Notes: a model not told the origin generated them from the letters alone. DNA of 64,000 bases from an uncultured Verrucomicrobiota bacterium (GCA_964654645.1 CAZZJO010000034.1:42086-106085); one strand, 5' to 3'. Positions 26,309 to 36,358 are shown, counted from the first letter of the stretch. A program made the numbers and translations.

Positions 26309-26992
26309 TTAAATAGCGTTCTCTTTAGGGGTAGTATGCGGTTTAGGTTGGTGTCGAATATCCTGTGCTTCGCACATGTATACTACGTCCTCGCATATAT
26401 TGGTTGCGTGATCGGCGATGCGTTCGAGGCATTTTGCGGTTGTTAAAATGTCTAAACATTGGGGAATTTCTTCGGGGTGATTTTTCATGTGTTCGATAAG
26501 GCGATGCCGGATTGCTTTATGGATTGCGTCTACTTGTTGATCGACGGGCAGGGTAGTCCGTGCCAATTTAGGATCTCGCATTATAAACGCATTCAATGCG
26601 TTGTGCAGCATTTCTGTGGCAGGATCTACAATGTTTGAAAGGTCGATGTCGATACTCGCGGGCGGTTCCAAGCTTAGATCTCTCGCACGTTTTGCAATTT
26701 TTGCAGCTTCGTCCCCTATACGCTCGAGGTTTTGTGAAATTTTCATGGCGGCCATCACGAAACGCAGGTCACTTGCAAGGGGTGCCCGCAGTAAAATCTG
26801 GACGGCCAAGTCGTCGATTGCGATTTCGTATTCGTCGAGTAATTGATCTTGATTGCGGACTCTCATAGCCAATTCAAGGTTACGTTCTTTAAATGCTTGG
26901 ATTGCTAGCCTGACCGAGGTTTCGGCGCAAGCGGCCATTTCAACGAGTTTTTCTTGAAGGTGTTTTAACTCTTTTTCGAGGTGCCCGTGCAT
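26309..26992 (-). CDS. phoU: Phosphate signalling complex protein PhoU
   Basis: Two PhoU repeats with the ERIGDEA / ERIADHATNI motifs. Located between pstB and phoB. Confidence 0.9.
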   Translation of the reverse strand: MHGHLEKELKHLQEKLVEMAACAETSVRLAIQAFKERNLELAMRVRNQDQLLDEYEIAIDDLAVQILLRAPLASDLRFVMAAMKISQNLERIGDEAAKIAKRARDLSLEPPASIDIDLSNIVDPATEMLHNALNAFIMRDPKLARTTLPVDQQVDAIHKAIRHRLIEHMKNHPEEIPQCLDILTTAKCLERIADHATNICEDVVYMCEAQDIRHQPKPHTTPKENAI

Positions 26993-26997
26993 AGGTT

Positions 26998-27831
26998 TTA
27001 ACCGAATCTGCCCGTTATATAGTCTTCCGTTTTTTTGTTTTTTGGTTTTGTGAATATATCTTTGGTTGGGCCGAATTCTATCAATTCGCCCATGTAAAAG
27101 AACGCGGTGTAGTCAGAAGCTCGTGCTGCTTGTTGCATATTATGTGTGACGATAACGATGGTGAACTGTTGTTTGAGGTCTTGGATTAAGTCTTCGATTT
27201 TTGCCGTGGCGATAGGATCGAGGGCAGAAGCAGGTTCATCCATCAACAAGACTTCTGGCTCGACGGCGATAGCCCTCGCTATACATAAGCGTTGTTGCTG
27301 ACCCCCTGATAGACTGGTAGCTGATGCATGCAATCTATCTTTTACTTCGTCCCATAAAGCTGCCATTTTCAAAGCTTGTTCCAGCCTTTCTTTGAGGAAG
27401 GCTCGGTTTTTAACGCCGGTAAGTCTTAACCCTATCAACACGTTTTCTTCAATTGACATATGGGGGAAAGGATTAGACTTTTGAAACACCATTCCAATCC
27501 TTCGCCTAAGAAGTGTAGGGTCAGCTTTTGGGGCGTAAATGTCGTCTCCAAATAAGCGTACTTGTCCTGTAACCCGGGCGTTAGGTTGTAAATCGTGCAA
27601 TCTGTTCAAAGCGCGCAAGAATGTGGATTTCCCGCACCCGCTAGGTCCTATGATGGCAGTAACAGCCTTTTCTGGGATGTCAATAGAAACGTTTTTAAGT
27701 ACGTGATGGTTTCCGAACCACACGTTCAAGTCTCGCACCTGGATGGCAGTTCGCGGACTTTTAATTGGTGTGATTGTCGAAAGGTCTTTGTCTACAGATG
27801 TCAAGTCTTGTGGCATTTGCACAGTAATCAT
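26998..27831 (-). CDS. pstB: Phosphate ABC transporter ATP-binding protein
   Basis: Walker [10 protein letters not shown], signature [14 protein letters not shown], Walker [12 protein letters not shown]. 4-nt overlap with pstA. Confidence 0.92.
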   Translation of the reverse strand: MITVQMPQDLTSVDKDLSTITPIKSPRTAIQVRDLNVWFGNHHVLKNVSIDIPEKAVTAIIGPSGCGKSTFLRALNRLHDLQPNARVTGQVRLFGDDIYAPKADPTLLRRRIGMVFQKSNPFPHMSIEENVLIGLRLTGVKNRAFLKERLEQALKMAALWDEVKDRLHASATSLSGGQQQRLCIARAIAVEPEVLLMDEPASALDPIATAKIEDLIQDLKQQFTIVIVTHNMQQAARASDYTAFFYMGELIEFGPTKDIFTKPKNKKTEDYITGRFG

Positions 27832-28688
27832 TTTTCCGTAAAAGCTTGTTTTGTGACAATCTTAATTGTCACGTTTACGCTTAACACAAACATAAGTAGC
27901 AACAGAGCACCTGCCCATGCTTGTCGGTGCCAATCTTCGTATGGTGATATAGCGTAGGCAAAGATTTGAAGTGGGAGTGCCGCAGTGGGTTGAGTAGGAT
28001 TGAAGTTCCAAAATTGGTTGCCGAATGCTGTAAAGAGCAAGGGTGCAGTTTCACCAAACACCCGCGCCACGGCTAATAATACCCCTGTTACTATTCCATT
28101 TTTAACTAGTGGCAGTGTAATGAACAGAGTGGTTTTCCATTTTGGAATGCCTAAGGCCAGGCCAGCTTCTCTGTAAGTTGAAGGGACGGTGTTTAGCATT
28201 TCCTCTGTGGTACGCATAACTAGGGGGATCATTATGAAAGCGAGAGCAACGGCACCTGCAATGGCGGAGAATCGGCCCATTGTTACTACGATGAGAGCAT
28301 ATGCCAAGATGCCCCACACGATAGATGGAACCCCATTTAGAGTGTCGCTGGTGAATCGAACTATGTTCCGAAGTTTTGGAGGGGCATACTCAGATAAAAA
28401 GGCGGCGCCTAGTATGCCTACTGGTACGCCAAATAGGGAAGCCATAGCTACTATCATAAACGATCCAACGATTGCATTTGCTATGCCTCCTCCGGGTTCG
28501 CCAACTGGCTTTGGTGTCTGGGTAAAAAACGCAAGATTCAACGCCTTGGTACCAGCGTTAATTAGATGCCAAAGTACCAGTACCAAAGGAAGTATCGTGA
28601 TAAATGCCGTCATCCAACACACACTACACCATACAAATGACCGGAATTTGCGGATTTGGTAATTGTTCCTAGATAATTGAGCGCTCAT
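27828..28688 (-). CDS. pstA: Phosphate ABC transporter permease PstA
   Basis: Six-TM permease with the EAA-type loop ([15 protein letters not shown]). Operon position. Confidence 0.88.
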   Translation of the reverse strand: MSAQLSRNNYQIRKFRSFVWCSVCWMTAFITILPLVLVLWHLINAGTKALNLAFFTQTPKPVGEPGGGIANAIVGSFMIVAMASLFGVPVGILGAAFLSEYAPPKLRNIVRFTSDTLNGVPSIVWGILAYALIVVTMGRFSAIAGAVALAFIMIPLVMRTTEEMLNTVPSTYREAGLALGIPKWKTTLFITLPLVKNGIVTGVLLAVARVFGETAPLLFTAFGNQFWNFNPTQPTAALPLQIFAYAISPYEDWHRQAWAGALLLLMFVLSVNVTIKIVTKQAFTEK

Positions 28689-28700
28689 ATAGTTTGTGGC

Positions 28701-29648
28701 TTATGGATTTGGAGTAGTGAATCGCCGAGTTGCTTGTACTGTGATTAATCGGGCTATAATATTTGTACTAAGCGTGACAAGTGCCAGCACAAGACCCAGT
28801 TCGAAAAGTGCGCTCAAGTAGATCTGCGTTGTTGCCTCAGCAAACTCGTTTGCTATAGCGCTGGCGAGGGTGTGGCCGGGGGCAAAAAGTGAAATCGCAA
28901 TTTCAGGTCTATTACCAATTACCATGGTTACTGCCATGGTTTCACCCAAGGCGCGGCTTAGCCCTAAGATAGCTGCACCAGCTATACCGGGCTTGGCGGG
29001 ACTAAGCACCGCGATTCGGATAGTTTCCCATTTTGTAGCCCCTAGGGCGTACGCAGCCTCGCGTTGGGTTTGCGGTGTAGTCATAAATATCTCAGTACAA
29101 ACCGAAGTGATTATTGGGGTGATCATGATGGCGAGCATGATGCCAGCAGCAAGTATGCAGGGCCCGAAAATCGGGCCGCTAAAAAAAGGCAAACTGCCAA
29201 AAAGGTTTTTTAGGAGTGGAAAGACATGTGAGCGTAGGAATGGGATCATTATAAAAATGCCCCATAAACCAAGGATTACGCTGGGTATTGCTGCAATTAA
29301 TTCTACCGTTGTTTTTACAACATTCCGCAGCCAAAGTGGTGCAAGTTCCGAAAGGAATACCGAAGTACCTATGCTGATTGGTAGGGCTATTATGAGAGCT
29401 AGTAAAGAGGAAACTAGTGTTCCATAAAGAAACGGTAGTGCTCCGAATTGATTTGCCACGGGATTCCAATCACTTGAAGTGAAGAACCGTAGTCCGAAAG
29501 TTGAAATGGCAAGCCATGCCCCCTTTGTGAGTTGATGTGCTAGTAAAATACCGATGATGATTGGGGTTATCGCAAATAAGAATGTGAGTCCCTGGAAAAT
29601 GAACTCTGGAATGCGGCTATATTTTTGTTTTTTAACAGCCGTGGTCAT
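28701..29648 (-). CDS. pstC: Phosphate ABC transporter permease PstC
   Basis: Polytopic permease with QREAAYALGATKWETI. Operon position between pstS and pstA. Confidence 0.88.
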   Translation of the reverse strand: MTTAVKKQKYSRIPEFIFQGLTFLFAITPIIIGILLAHQLTKGAWLAISTFGLRFFTSSDWNPVANQFGALPFLYGTLVSSLLALIIALPISIGTSVFLSELAPLWLRNVVKTTVELIAAIPSVILGLWGIFIMIPFLRSHVFPLLKNLFGSLPFFSGPIFGPCILAAGIMLAIMITPIITSVCTEIFMTTPQTQREAAYALGATKWETIRIAVLSPAKPGIAGAAILGLSRALGETMAVTMVIGNRPEIAISLFAPGHTLASAIANEFAEATTQIYLSALFELGLVLALVTLSTNIIARLITVQATRRFTTPNP

Positions 29649-29726
29649 ACTGGCGATGTCTTTCTTTATACGATAGCGGAACCTGAGGCCAATTCTTGGC
29701 CCCAGGTTCCATCACACATTAGTGGT

Positions 29727-30746
29727 TTAATATGTGATCGTGTCGATTGATTTCAAAACTCTGGTGCGTAGGTTCTCTGGGAGGGGTGCGTAATCAAGTT
29801 CTGTGGCAAATTTTTGTCCGTCTGTAAGGCCCCATCGTAGGAATTCCACCAATTTCCGGCCTTTCCGTGGGTCAGTTTGTTTCTGGTAAACCAGGATCCA
29901 TGTTGCACCTGCGATGGGATATGCATCTTCCCCGGGGGCGTTGACTACGGAGAATCTAAAGTCATCCGGCACGTTAATTGTGGCTAGAGCTGCAGTGACT
30001 GTGTCAGCAGAGGGGACCACAAACTTCCCGGCTGAGTTCTTGAGTCGAGCCACCGGGAGATTGTTTTGTTTGGCGTATGCTAGTTCAATGTATCCGATGG
30101 CACCTGGGGTGTTTTTTATTTGGCCGGTGACTCCTTCATTGCCTTTTGCCCCGAGTCCAGTTGGCCATTTCACGGAGGTACCGCGTCCGACTTTTTCTGC
30201 CCATTCTTTGTTTACCACCGATAGGTAGTCTGTAAAGATGAACGTTGTGCCGCTACCGTCAGAGCGGTGGACTACGACAAGGTCCATTGAGGGTAATGTG
30301 ACGTCCGGGTTAAGTTGTTTAATACGTTGATGGTCCCATTTGGTAATCTTGCCCAAGAATATATCTGCGAGTGTTTCTGGGTCTAAGTTGAGTTGAGGTT
30401 TACCAGGAAGATTGTAAGCAATGGCTACAGCACCCCCCACGGTGGGGATGTGTAGAATTTTGTCTTTCGCCTCGGCGAGTAATTCGTCGGACATAGGTGC
30501 GTCTGATGCTCCGAAATCAACCGTTCGTGCCAGGAGTTGGCGTTGGCCTCCTCCCGATCCGATAGATTGGTAATTGAATTGTACCTCAGGATCAACTTTT
30601 CGGTATTCATGGAACCACTTTGAGTATAACGGGTATGGAAAAGTGGCCCCAGCACCTGTGATTTGTAGTTGGCCTAGGGCATGACCGGTTACAATAACCG
30701 TGATTATCCCTATTGTCGCCAATGCAATATTTTTTTGTGTATTCAT
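29727..30746 (-). CDS. pstS: Phosphate-binding periplasmic protein PstS
   Basis: Signal peptide, then GAGATFPYPLYSKW and SIGSGGG, GASDAP motifs characteristic of PstS. Confidence 0.9.
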   Translation of the reverse strand: MNTQKNIALATIGIITVIVTGHALGQLQITGAGATFPYPLYSKWFHEYRKVDPEVQFNYQSIGSGGGQRQLLARTVDFGASDAPMSDELLAEAKDKILHIPTVGGAVAIAYNLPGKPQLNLDPETLADIFLGKITKWDHQRIKQLNPDVTLPSMDLVVVHRSDGSGTTFIFTDYLSVVNKEWAEKVGRGTSVKWPTGLGAKGNEGVTGQIKNTPGAIGYIELAYAKQNNLPVARLKNSAGKFVVPSADTVTAALATINVPDDFRFSVVNAPGEDAYPIAGATWILVYQKQTDPRKGRKLVEFLRWGLTDGQKFATELDYAPLPENLRTRVLKSIDTITY

Positions 30747-30764
30747 AAATGGATTTTGGGGTTT

Positions 30765-32096
30765 TTAGAATTTCACCATTAGATCCACTTGGACGTGATA
30801 GGTTGTTGGGTTAATTGCACCTGTGGGCACGTCTATCAAGTCGTGAATATACGCCCTAGTCCCAATTGAAAGGCTTGAAGTAAAGGCGTAGCTAGCTGCG
30901 ATGTAATGGCCACGTTTATTTGTGCCTGAGTATGAGCCCACACCCTTGCCACTAGAGGGTATGGGTATTGAGTAGTATGCAAGACTGTCGTCGTTGCTAA
31001 ACTCTTCGTACCACGCATCCGATTCAACGTAAACGTATCTATACTCGAGCGCCCACGATCCCTTTTTGGATAGGGTGCCTATGGTGATTCCCGCGTCCCA
31101 CCCGGTGTTGTTGCTTGGAGCTGCAGGATTATGAATAATTTCGCCTGATAATGATACTGGTAGTCGGCCGGGGTACAGACTTATCCCGTCTATCAGGTAC
31201 GTAATTCCCGCTCCGACCACAATGGGATTGAAGTTGTAAACCAATTGCCCAGCAGCGGTTCTTGTATTGCCTACACCTACATTGGGGACCGCTCCATTGT
31301 CGAGATTTTCGCAATTTGCAAGTCCGAATACAGCGCCCTTGACTTCGGTAATCAAGTTTGTCGACCAGGTAGATGCCCATTTGAGTTGAACGCTCGCCAT
31401 ATATGGGTCATGTGAGCTGGTAGGTAGCTCGTCTATCATGAAGGCGCCTGGAGTGATACTAATGACGTGGTTTGTTACAGGGCGCCAAGATAGAGTCCAT
31501 GCTAACCCTTCTGGTGTATAGTCTGGATCGAAAACAACCCAAGTGAAATCGTATGGATTTACCATTTTACCCACAGTTAGAGTGCCAGTTAATTCAGAGG
31601 TTTTTATTGGTGTCCATGACCAATATGCTCTATCTATCCAAACGTACTTCTTGGCTGCATTATCTTGGAAGGTTGTGTACCCACTTGCTAACGGGCTTCG
31701 ATCGGACTCTCCCGAAGCGAGTCGCAACTCAGTCGACATGTTATCTAGCAAGTTCACACTAGTACCAATTCTGAATCGGTAACGGGGTCGGAACCTGTCC
31801 ACGGTGTTTGGTGCATCCACGGTTATGTAATCTCCTCGTACACCGAAGTCACCACTGATGCGGAGTGATTGTACCCAGTCAGGCAATTGTAGTTTATTTT
31901 TTATTTCCATGGATTTTTTTGATTGTTCCTTTTGCAGTTGGATGGCTTCTTCGCGGGTAATTACCCCCTTTTCTACAAGTTTGTCTAGAAGCGCATCTGT
32001 AGACTGGGCTATCAAGATTCCGGTTAAACTCATTGTTTTGCCCAGAATTAAGCATTTTCGTAAGACATTCGTATTATTGTTCACTCGTAGTTTCAT
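30765..32096 (-). CDS. Outer-membrane porin, likely phosphate-regulon associated (OprO/OprP-like function inferred from context)
   Basis: N-terminal signal-like region and coiled-coil motif LLDKLVEKGVITREEA, followed by alternating aromatic beta-strands ending ...YHVQVDLMVKF (terminal Phe). It lies 18 nt upstream of pstS. The start could be M22 (32033). Confidence 0.65.
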   Translation of the reverse strand: MKLRVNNNTNVLRKCLILGKTMSLTGILIAQSTDALLDKLVEKGVITREEAIQLQKEQSKKSMEIKNKLQLPDWVQSLRISGDFGVRGDYITVDAPNTVDRFRPRYRFRIGTSVNLLDNMSTELRLASGESDRSPLASGYTTFQDNAAKKYVWIDRAYWSWTPIKTSELTGTLTVGKMVNPYDFTWVVFDPDYTPEGLAWTLSWRPVTNHVISITPGAFMIDELPTSSHDPYMASVQLKWASTWSTNLITEVKGAVFGLANCENLDNGAVPNVGVGNTRTAAGQLVYNFNPIVVGAGITYLIDGISLYPGRLPVSLSGEIIHNPAAPSNNTGWDAGITIGTLSKKGSWALEYRYVYVESDAWYEEFSNDDSLAYYSIPIPSSGKGVGSYSGTNKRGHYIAASYAFTSSLSIGTRAYIHDLIDVPTGAINPTTYHVQVDLMVKF

Positions 32097-32136
32097 ATTT
32101 CACAGTGTCTTCTGCACGTAAGGTTTACACGACTAA

Positions 32137-32176
32137 TTTTTCACTGAAGTTTCAAAAATGTTACAAATTGGTTACG
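32137..32176 (-). promoter_or_regulatory. Candidate Pho boxes: four 7-nt direct repeats with exact 11-nt phasing
   Basis: Sense (minus) strand reads CGTAACC-aatt-TGTAACA-tttt-TGAAACT-tcag-TGAAAAA (plus-strand coordinates 32170-76, 32159-65, 32148-54, 32137-43). A further TGTAAAC lies at 32123-32129. The architecture matches 7-nt repeats with 4-nt mostly A/T-rich spacers (aatt, tttt, tcag), as in PhoB binding sites. It sits directly upstream of porin-pstSCAB-phoU-phoB. Confidence 0.45.
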
Positions 32177-32387
32177 ATCGGCTTTGGATGAGCTCTTGTG
32201 AGGTTTTGTAAAGCCCGGGGAGGTCAGTATGCATAAAAGAACCATTACGTGGAGTGGCCTAGCTCAAAACTTAACCTACCCGCAAACTTTTGGATGTGGC
32301 GGGTGGTATTGCACTGGGGTAAAAGACCAGGGAGGTAGAAATATTTTGGTGCTGGAGAAACCGCTTGCCCTATGGTTTTATTTTTAG

Positions 32388-32948
32388 ATGTTGCACAATT
32401 GGGAGTTATTAGAGTCGAAGGAGTTGGCCAAGTATAAGGTTTTTGGGATACGTGCGGACCGAAAACGGTTTGGTCGCACGGGTACTGAACATACGTTTTA
32501 TTTGATCGAATCGCCTGACTGGGTAAATGTGGTAGCAGTTACGCGTAACCACGAATTGGTGATGGTGGAACAGTATCGTCATGGTTCTGGCACGGTTGAA
32601 TTGGAAATCCCAGGGGGGATTATAGATCCAGGAGATGGTTCACCGGAGGCGGCTGCTGCACGTGAACTTGCTGAGGAAACTGGTTATGTAGGAAAGGTGT
32701 ACGGAGTAATTTCTTGGGTTTATGCTAATCCGGCTATTATGACGAATCGGGCGTATACGGTTCTAGTAACAGGGTGTGAAATTCAAGAAGAAACAAAATT
32801 CGATCCAACTGAAGACCTTGTAACGCGCTTAGTACCGATTGAGCAGATAAATTCTCTGGTTATATCAGGGGCTATCAGACATCCCCTTGTTTTGGTAGCC
32901 CTTTACAACTTTGATTTGCTTTTGCGAAGTGGCCGGTTAGCTATTTAA
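32388..32948 (+). CDS. NUDIX hydrolase (ADP-ribose pyrophosphatase-like)
   Basis: Nudix box GGIIDPGDGSPEAAAARELAEETGY (GX5EX7REUXEEXGU). Confidence 0.8.
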   Translation: MLHNWELLESKELAKYKVFGIRADRKRFGRTGTEHTFYLIESPDWVNVVAVTRNHELVMVEQYRHGSGTVELEIPGGIIDPGDGSPEAAAARELAEETGYVGKVYGVISWVYANPAIMTNRAYTVLVTGCEIQEETKFDPTEDLVTRLVPIEQINSLVISGAIRHPLVLVALYNFDLLLRSGRLAI

Positions 32949-32983
32949 CTTGGCATTGAACGGGATCCTGCAGAAGGTAGTGT

Positions 32984-33640
32984 ATGAGACCAGAGAACGG
33001 TGAAGTCATGAATTCGTTTTCATCTAGGGGCAATTCGCGGCCCAAAGTGATTGTGTTCGATCTTGGGAAGGTCTTTTTGGAGTTTGATTACATGAAAGGA
33101 GCGGTTGGAATAGCTAGATCTGCAAAATTACCGCCAGAGGATATAATTAGGGTGATTTCGGGACACCCCGCGTTGATAGCCTACGAGACAGGCAGGATTT
33201 CTACTGACGAGTTTTTTAGGGTGATGTGTGACGTGACAGGCTTCCAGGGTTCCCCCGAGGAATTTTTTGAGCATTTCACAAACGTATTTATTCCAGTGGA
33301 AGAAATGATCGATTTTAATGAGCAATTGCGGGCGAAGGGATACCGCACTTACATACTTTCCAATACGAACCAGGTAACAGTGGAGCATATAAGGCGTAGT
33401 TACCCATTCTTTTCGCATTTTGATGGATATGTGTTTTCGTATGAGTGTGGTGTTATGAAACCAGACCCAGCTATTTATCAGGCTATGGAACGATTAGCAG
33501 GGGTGTCTGGTGAGGAGATATTTTATGTCGACGATTTACCTTCCAATGTGGAAGGGGCACGGAAGCTGGGTTGGCAAGCGTATGTCCATGAAAGCCCTAC
33601 ACGGACGATCCAGATTGCCAAGATGCTTGGTATCATTTGA
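32984..33640 (+). CDS. HAD-superfamily hydrolase (subfamily IA-like)
   Basis: VIVFDLGKV (motif I), ILSNTN (motif II) and FYVDDLPSNVEGARKLG (motifs III/IV). Confidence 0.7.
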   Translation: MRPENGEVMNSFSSRGNSRPKVIVFDLGKVFLEFDYMKGAVGIARSAKLPPEDIIRVISGHPALIAYETGRISTDEFFRVMCDVTGFQGSPEEFFEHFTNVFIPVEEMIDFNEQLRAKGYRTYILSNTNQVTVEHIRRSYPFFSHFDGYVFSYECGVMKPDPAIYQAMERLAGVSGEEIFYVDDLPSNVEGARKLGWQAYVHESPTRTIQIAKMLGII

Positions 33641-33649
33641 AGTAACCCC

Positions 33650-34453
33650 TTGAGCTCGATGCATGCCCAGTCAAGCGCACCCCAGGCTAGGTTCGAATTG
33701 AAGGTGTTTGCGTGTGAGGTTTTGCGTGATGAGTTAATGTTTATAGCGGCGAATGTGCCTCACCACTTAGATATTGACTTTCTGCCACAGGGGTATCACC
33801 AAGAGCCCCGCCAGGGGCGGTTAGAGTTGCAGTCAAGAATAGATTGTGTGGGCGAGGGTTACGATTATATTTTGGTAGGTTATGGATTATGCGGCTGTCT
33901 TTTGGAAGGATTAGTAGCGCGTCAAATTCCCCTGGTTATTCCCCGGGCGCATGACTGTCTAACGCTTTTTTTAGGCTCTAAGGAAAGATACTTGCGAATG
34001 TTCGAGGATAATCCCGGGACATATTATTTCACGCGAGGTTGGCTTCGAGCGATTGATCAGGGCCTAGCCGACCGAACCGGAACCGACTTGTCTATGTGTG
34101 ATTTACCTCAGCAAGGAGCTCCGGTGGGTTTAGAAATAGACCGACGGCATTTAGAAGGACTTGATGAGGAACAACGACGGTATTTAGAAGAGGAGCTTAG
34201 GCGGTGGATGCAAATTTATACCCGAGGCGTTTTAATTGAGTTTGATCAGTTCGTTTGCGTTGGGCTTCGGGAAAGAGTCCGCCAGCTATGTGAAAGCAGG
34301 GGATGGAAGTTTGAGTGTGTGAAGGGAGATCTAGGGTTATTACAACGGTGGCTTTCTGGGAGTTGGACGGAGCAAGAATTTCTAATTGTCCCACCAGGGC
34401 ATAAGGTGGTTGCAGATTTTGAAGGAAATGTGATTAAAGCGGTTCCGCAGTAA
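33650..34453 (+). CDS. DUF1638-like protein (tentative)
   Basis: ILVGYGLCGCLLEGL...PLVIPRAHDCLTLFLGSKERY...PGTYYFTRGW resembles my recollection of the DUF1638 signature. The track start is TTG at 33650; an ATG lies at 33659. Confidence 0.5.
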   Translation: MSSMHAQSSAPQARFELKVFACEVLRDELMFIAANVPHHLDIDFLPQGYHQEPRQGRLELQSRIDCVGEGYDYILVGYGLCGCLLEGLVARQIPLVIPRAHDCLTLFLGSKERYLRMFEDNPGTYYFTRGWLRAIDQGLADRTGTDLSMCDLPQQGAPVGLEIDRRHLEGLDEEQRRYLEEELRRWMQIYTRGVLIEFDQFVCVGLRERVRQLCESRGWKFECVKGDLGLLQRWLSGSWTEQEFLIVPPGHKVVADFEGNVIKAVPQ

Positions 34454-34547
34454 GCAGTAAGTTGGTAGGACCGGGTTACTGCGGCTAGAGACAATCGTAG
34501 GTTGAAAATTTTTTGTTAAGGGGGTATAAACGTAAAGAGAGGAAACC

Positions 34548-35111
34548 ATGGTTAAGTTGATCGTACATACAGACGAGGGGCATAAATATGAGTTTAAGTT
34601 GAAAGAGGGGGTTACTCGGATCGGGCGATCTTCTGTGGCTGATATTATGATCACTGACCCCAGTGTGTCACGGTTACATTGCGAGATCGAGGTGAAAGAA
34701 GACGGTATTTACGTGCGAGATTTGGATTCTTCGAATGGGACGTTTTTAGACGGAAAGCCTATAACATATGCCCAATTTTTACCGGGCCAGGTACTGCAGG
34801 TGGGGTGTGTCCAAATAACGGTCGAACAATCCAAATCTACCCCAAGCTTTGAAAGTTTAACTTGCTATAATCATCCTCATTACCCTGCCAGTATGCGTTG
34901 TCGTGAATGTGGCAAATTGTTTTGTGGTGCGTGCGTTCATGTGATAAGGCGTGTGGGTGGAAAGTATCTTCGTTTGTGCCCGATTTGTGGGGGTCGGTGT
35001 GAACCAATTACAGCAGTTGAAGCTGGTTCAGTAAAAAATACACTAAACACGTTTTTCCGGCGTCTTTTTGGGAAAAAGACCCAAGATGTGGATTCACAGT
35101 ATTACGAGTAA
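34548..35111 (+). CDS. FHA-domain protein with a C-terminal Cys/His-rich zinc-finger (B-box/zinc-ribbon-like) domain
   Basis: FHA core TRIGRSSVADIMITDPSVSRLHCEI...VRDLDSSNGTFLDG. C-terminal CYNHP...CRECGKLFCGACVH...CPICGGRC. Confidence 0.75.
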   Translation: MVKLIVHTDEGHKYEFKLKEGVTRIGRSSVADIMITDPSVSRLHCEIEVKEDGIYVRDLDSSNGTFLDGKPITYAQFLPGQVLQVGCVQITVEQSKSTPSFESLTCYNHPHYPASMRCRECGKLFCGACVHVIRRVGGKYLRLCPICGGRCEPITAVEAGSVKNTLNTFFRRLFGKKTQDVDSQYYE

Positions 35112-35205
35112 GTGGATCATCAGGAGCTTTTTAGAAGGGTATAACTTCTTCAAAATACGTTGGCCCCGGTTGCGTTGTTCCAGCTTTTTTGTATATTTCC
35201 AAGCT

Positions 35206-36358
35206 ATGTTAGACGTGATCAAAAACAGGGTAATTGAGTTAAGCGACAGGTTTAATCATCTAAGGAGGTTTCTTTGACATCCCTGGGGTAGAGAAACGCC
35301 TTGCCGAGTTAGAACAGCGAATGGCGGCAGAGAATTTTTGGGAGAATCGGGAACTGGCTCAGAAAACGATGGAAGAAGCCAGTTCTCTGCGCAGTAAGCT
35401 TGAGGCTGTGACGCAGATTGATCGGGAGCTAGCGGATTTGTGGGTGTTATTGGAACTTTGTGAGATAGAGCCGGAGCATGTTCAACTTCAAAATTTGCCA
35501 GAGCTGGAACAGAGCGTAGAGAAACTTCAAAAAGATATTTCGAACTTGGAAATCCGTGCTTTTTTGAGTGGTCCCCTTGATCAGAAGAACGCGATTATTA
35601 GTATAAACGCTGGGGCAGGGGGTACTGAGTCGTGCGATTGGGCGGCAATGTTATTTCGGATGTATCAGCGGTGGATTACTTCGCGTGGGTGGGAGATAGA
35701 AATTAATGATGTATTACCGGGAGAGGTGGCGGGTATTAAGAGCGCTACTTTTACTGTCAAAGGCCCTTATGCATATGGATATTGCAAGGCCGAGCGCGGG
35801 GTTCACAGGCTTGTTAGGATTTCTCCGTTCGATGCCAACCACCGTCGTCATACAAGTTTTGCAAGTGTTGATGTGATAGCAGAAATTGACGAGCCGAAAG
35901 AGATAAGCGTTTCTCCAAACGAACTCAAGATAGAGACGTTTAGATCTAGCGGGAAGGGTGGACAAAACGTAAACAAGGTGGAAACGGCAGTTCGCATCAC
36001 CCACATTCCTACGGGAATCGTTGTTACGTGTCGCAATGAACGTTCCCAGCACCAGAATCGAGCAACAGCTATGAAATTGTTGCTTTCAAAGTTATATGCG
36101 AAAAGACTGGATGAACAGAAGGCGGAGATGGAACGGTTTTACGGGGAAAAAGGTAGTATTTCTTGGGGTAACCAGATTCGCAGCTATGTTCTTCATCCGT
36201 ATAAGATGGTTAAGGATCTCCGTACTGGATATACAACGAGTGACGCCGAGGGGGTGTTAGACGGAGCATTGGATCCCTTTGTTGAGGCTTGGTTTAGGGC
36301 AGGTTGTCCTTCAAAACGCATGCAAGGCATTAGAGACGAAGAAGAGGGCACAGCTTAA
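35206..36358 (+). CDS. prfB: Peptide chain release factor 2, requiring a programmed +1 frameshift (35206-35274 joined to 35276-36358)
   Basis: ORF0 MLDVIKNRVIELSDRFNHLRRFL ends at CTT TGA C. The +1 frame continues DIPGVEKRLAELEQRMAAENFW... and carries the RF2 SPF motif (RISPFDANHRRHTSF) and GGQ (SGKGGQNVNK). Confidence 0.92.
35263..35278 (+). promoter_or_regulatory. prfB autoregulatory +1 frameshift site
   Basis: SD-like AGGAGG (35263-35268), a 3-nt spacer, then CTT TGA C (35272-35278). This is the same architecture as the E. coli prfB shift site. Confidence 0.85.

Noticed and set aside
35068-35205. An upstream extension (46 aa) of prfB ORF0 that overlaps the end of the FHA gene.
   Set aside because: RF2 homology starts at the ATG at 35206 (MLDVIKNRV...). 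The extension has no RF2 counterpart and overlaps a supported CDS.
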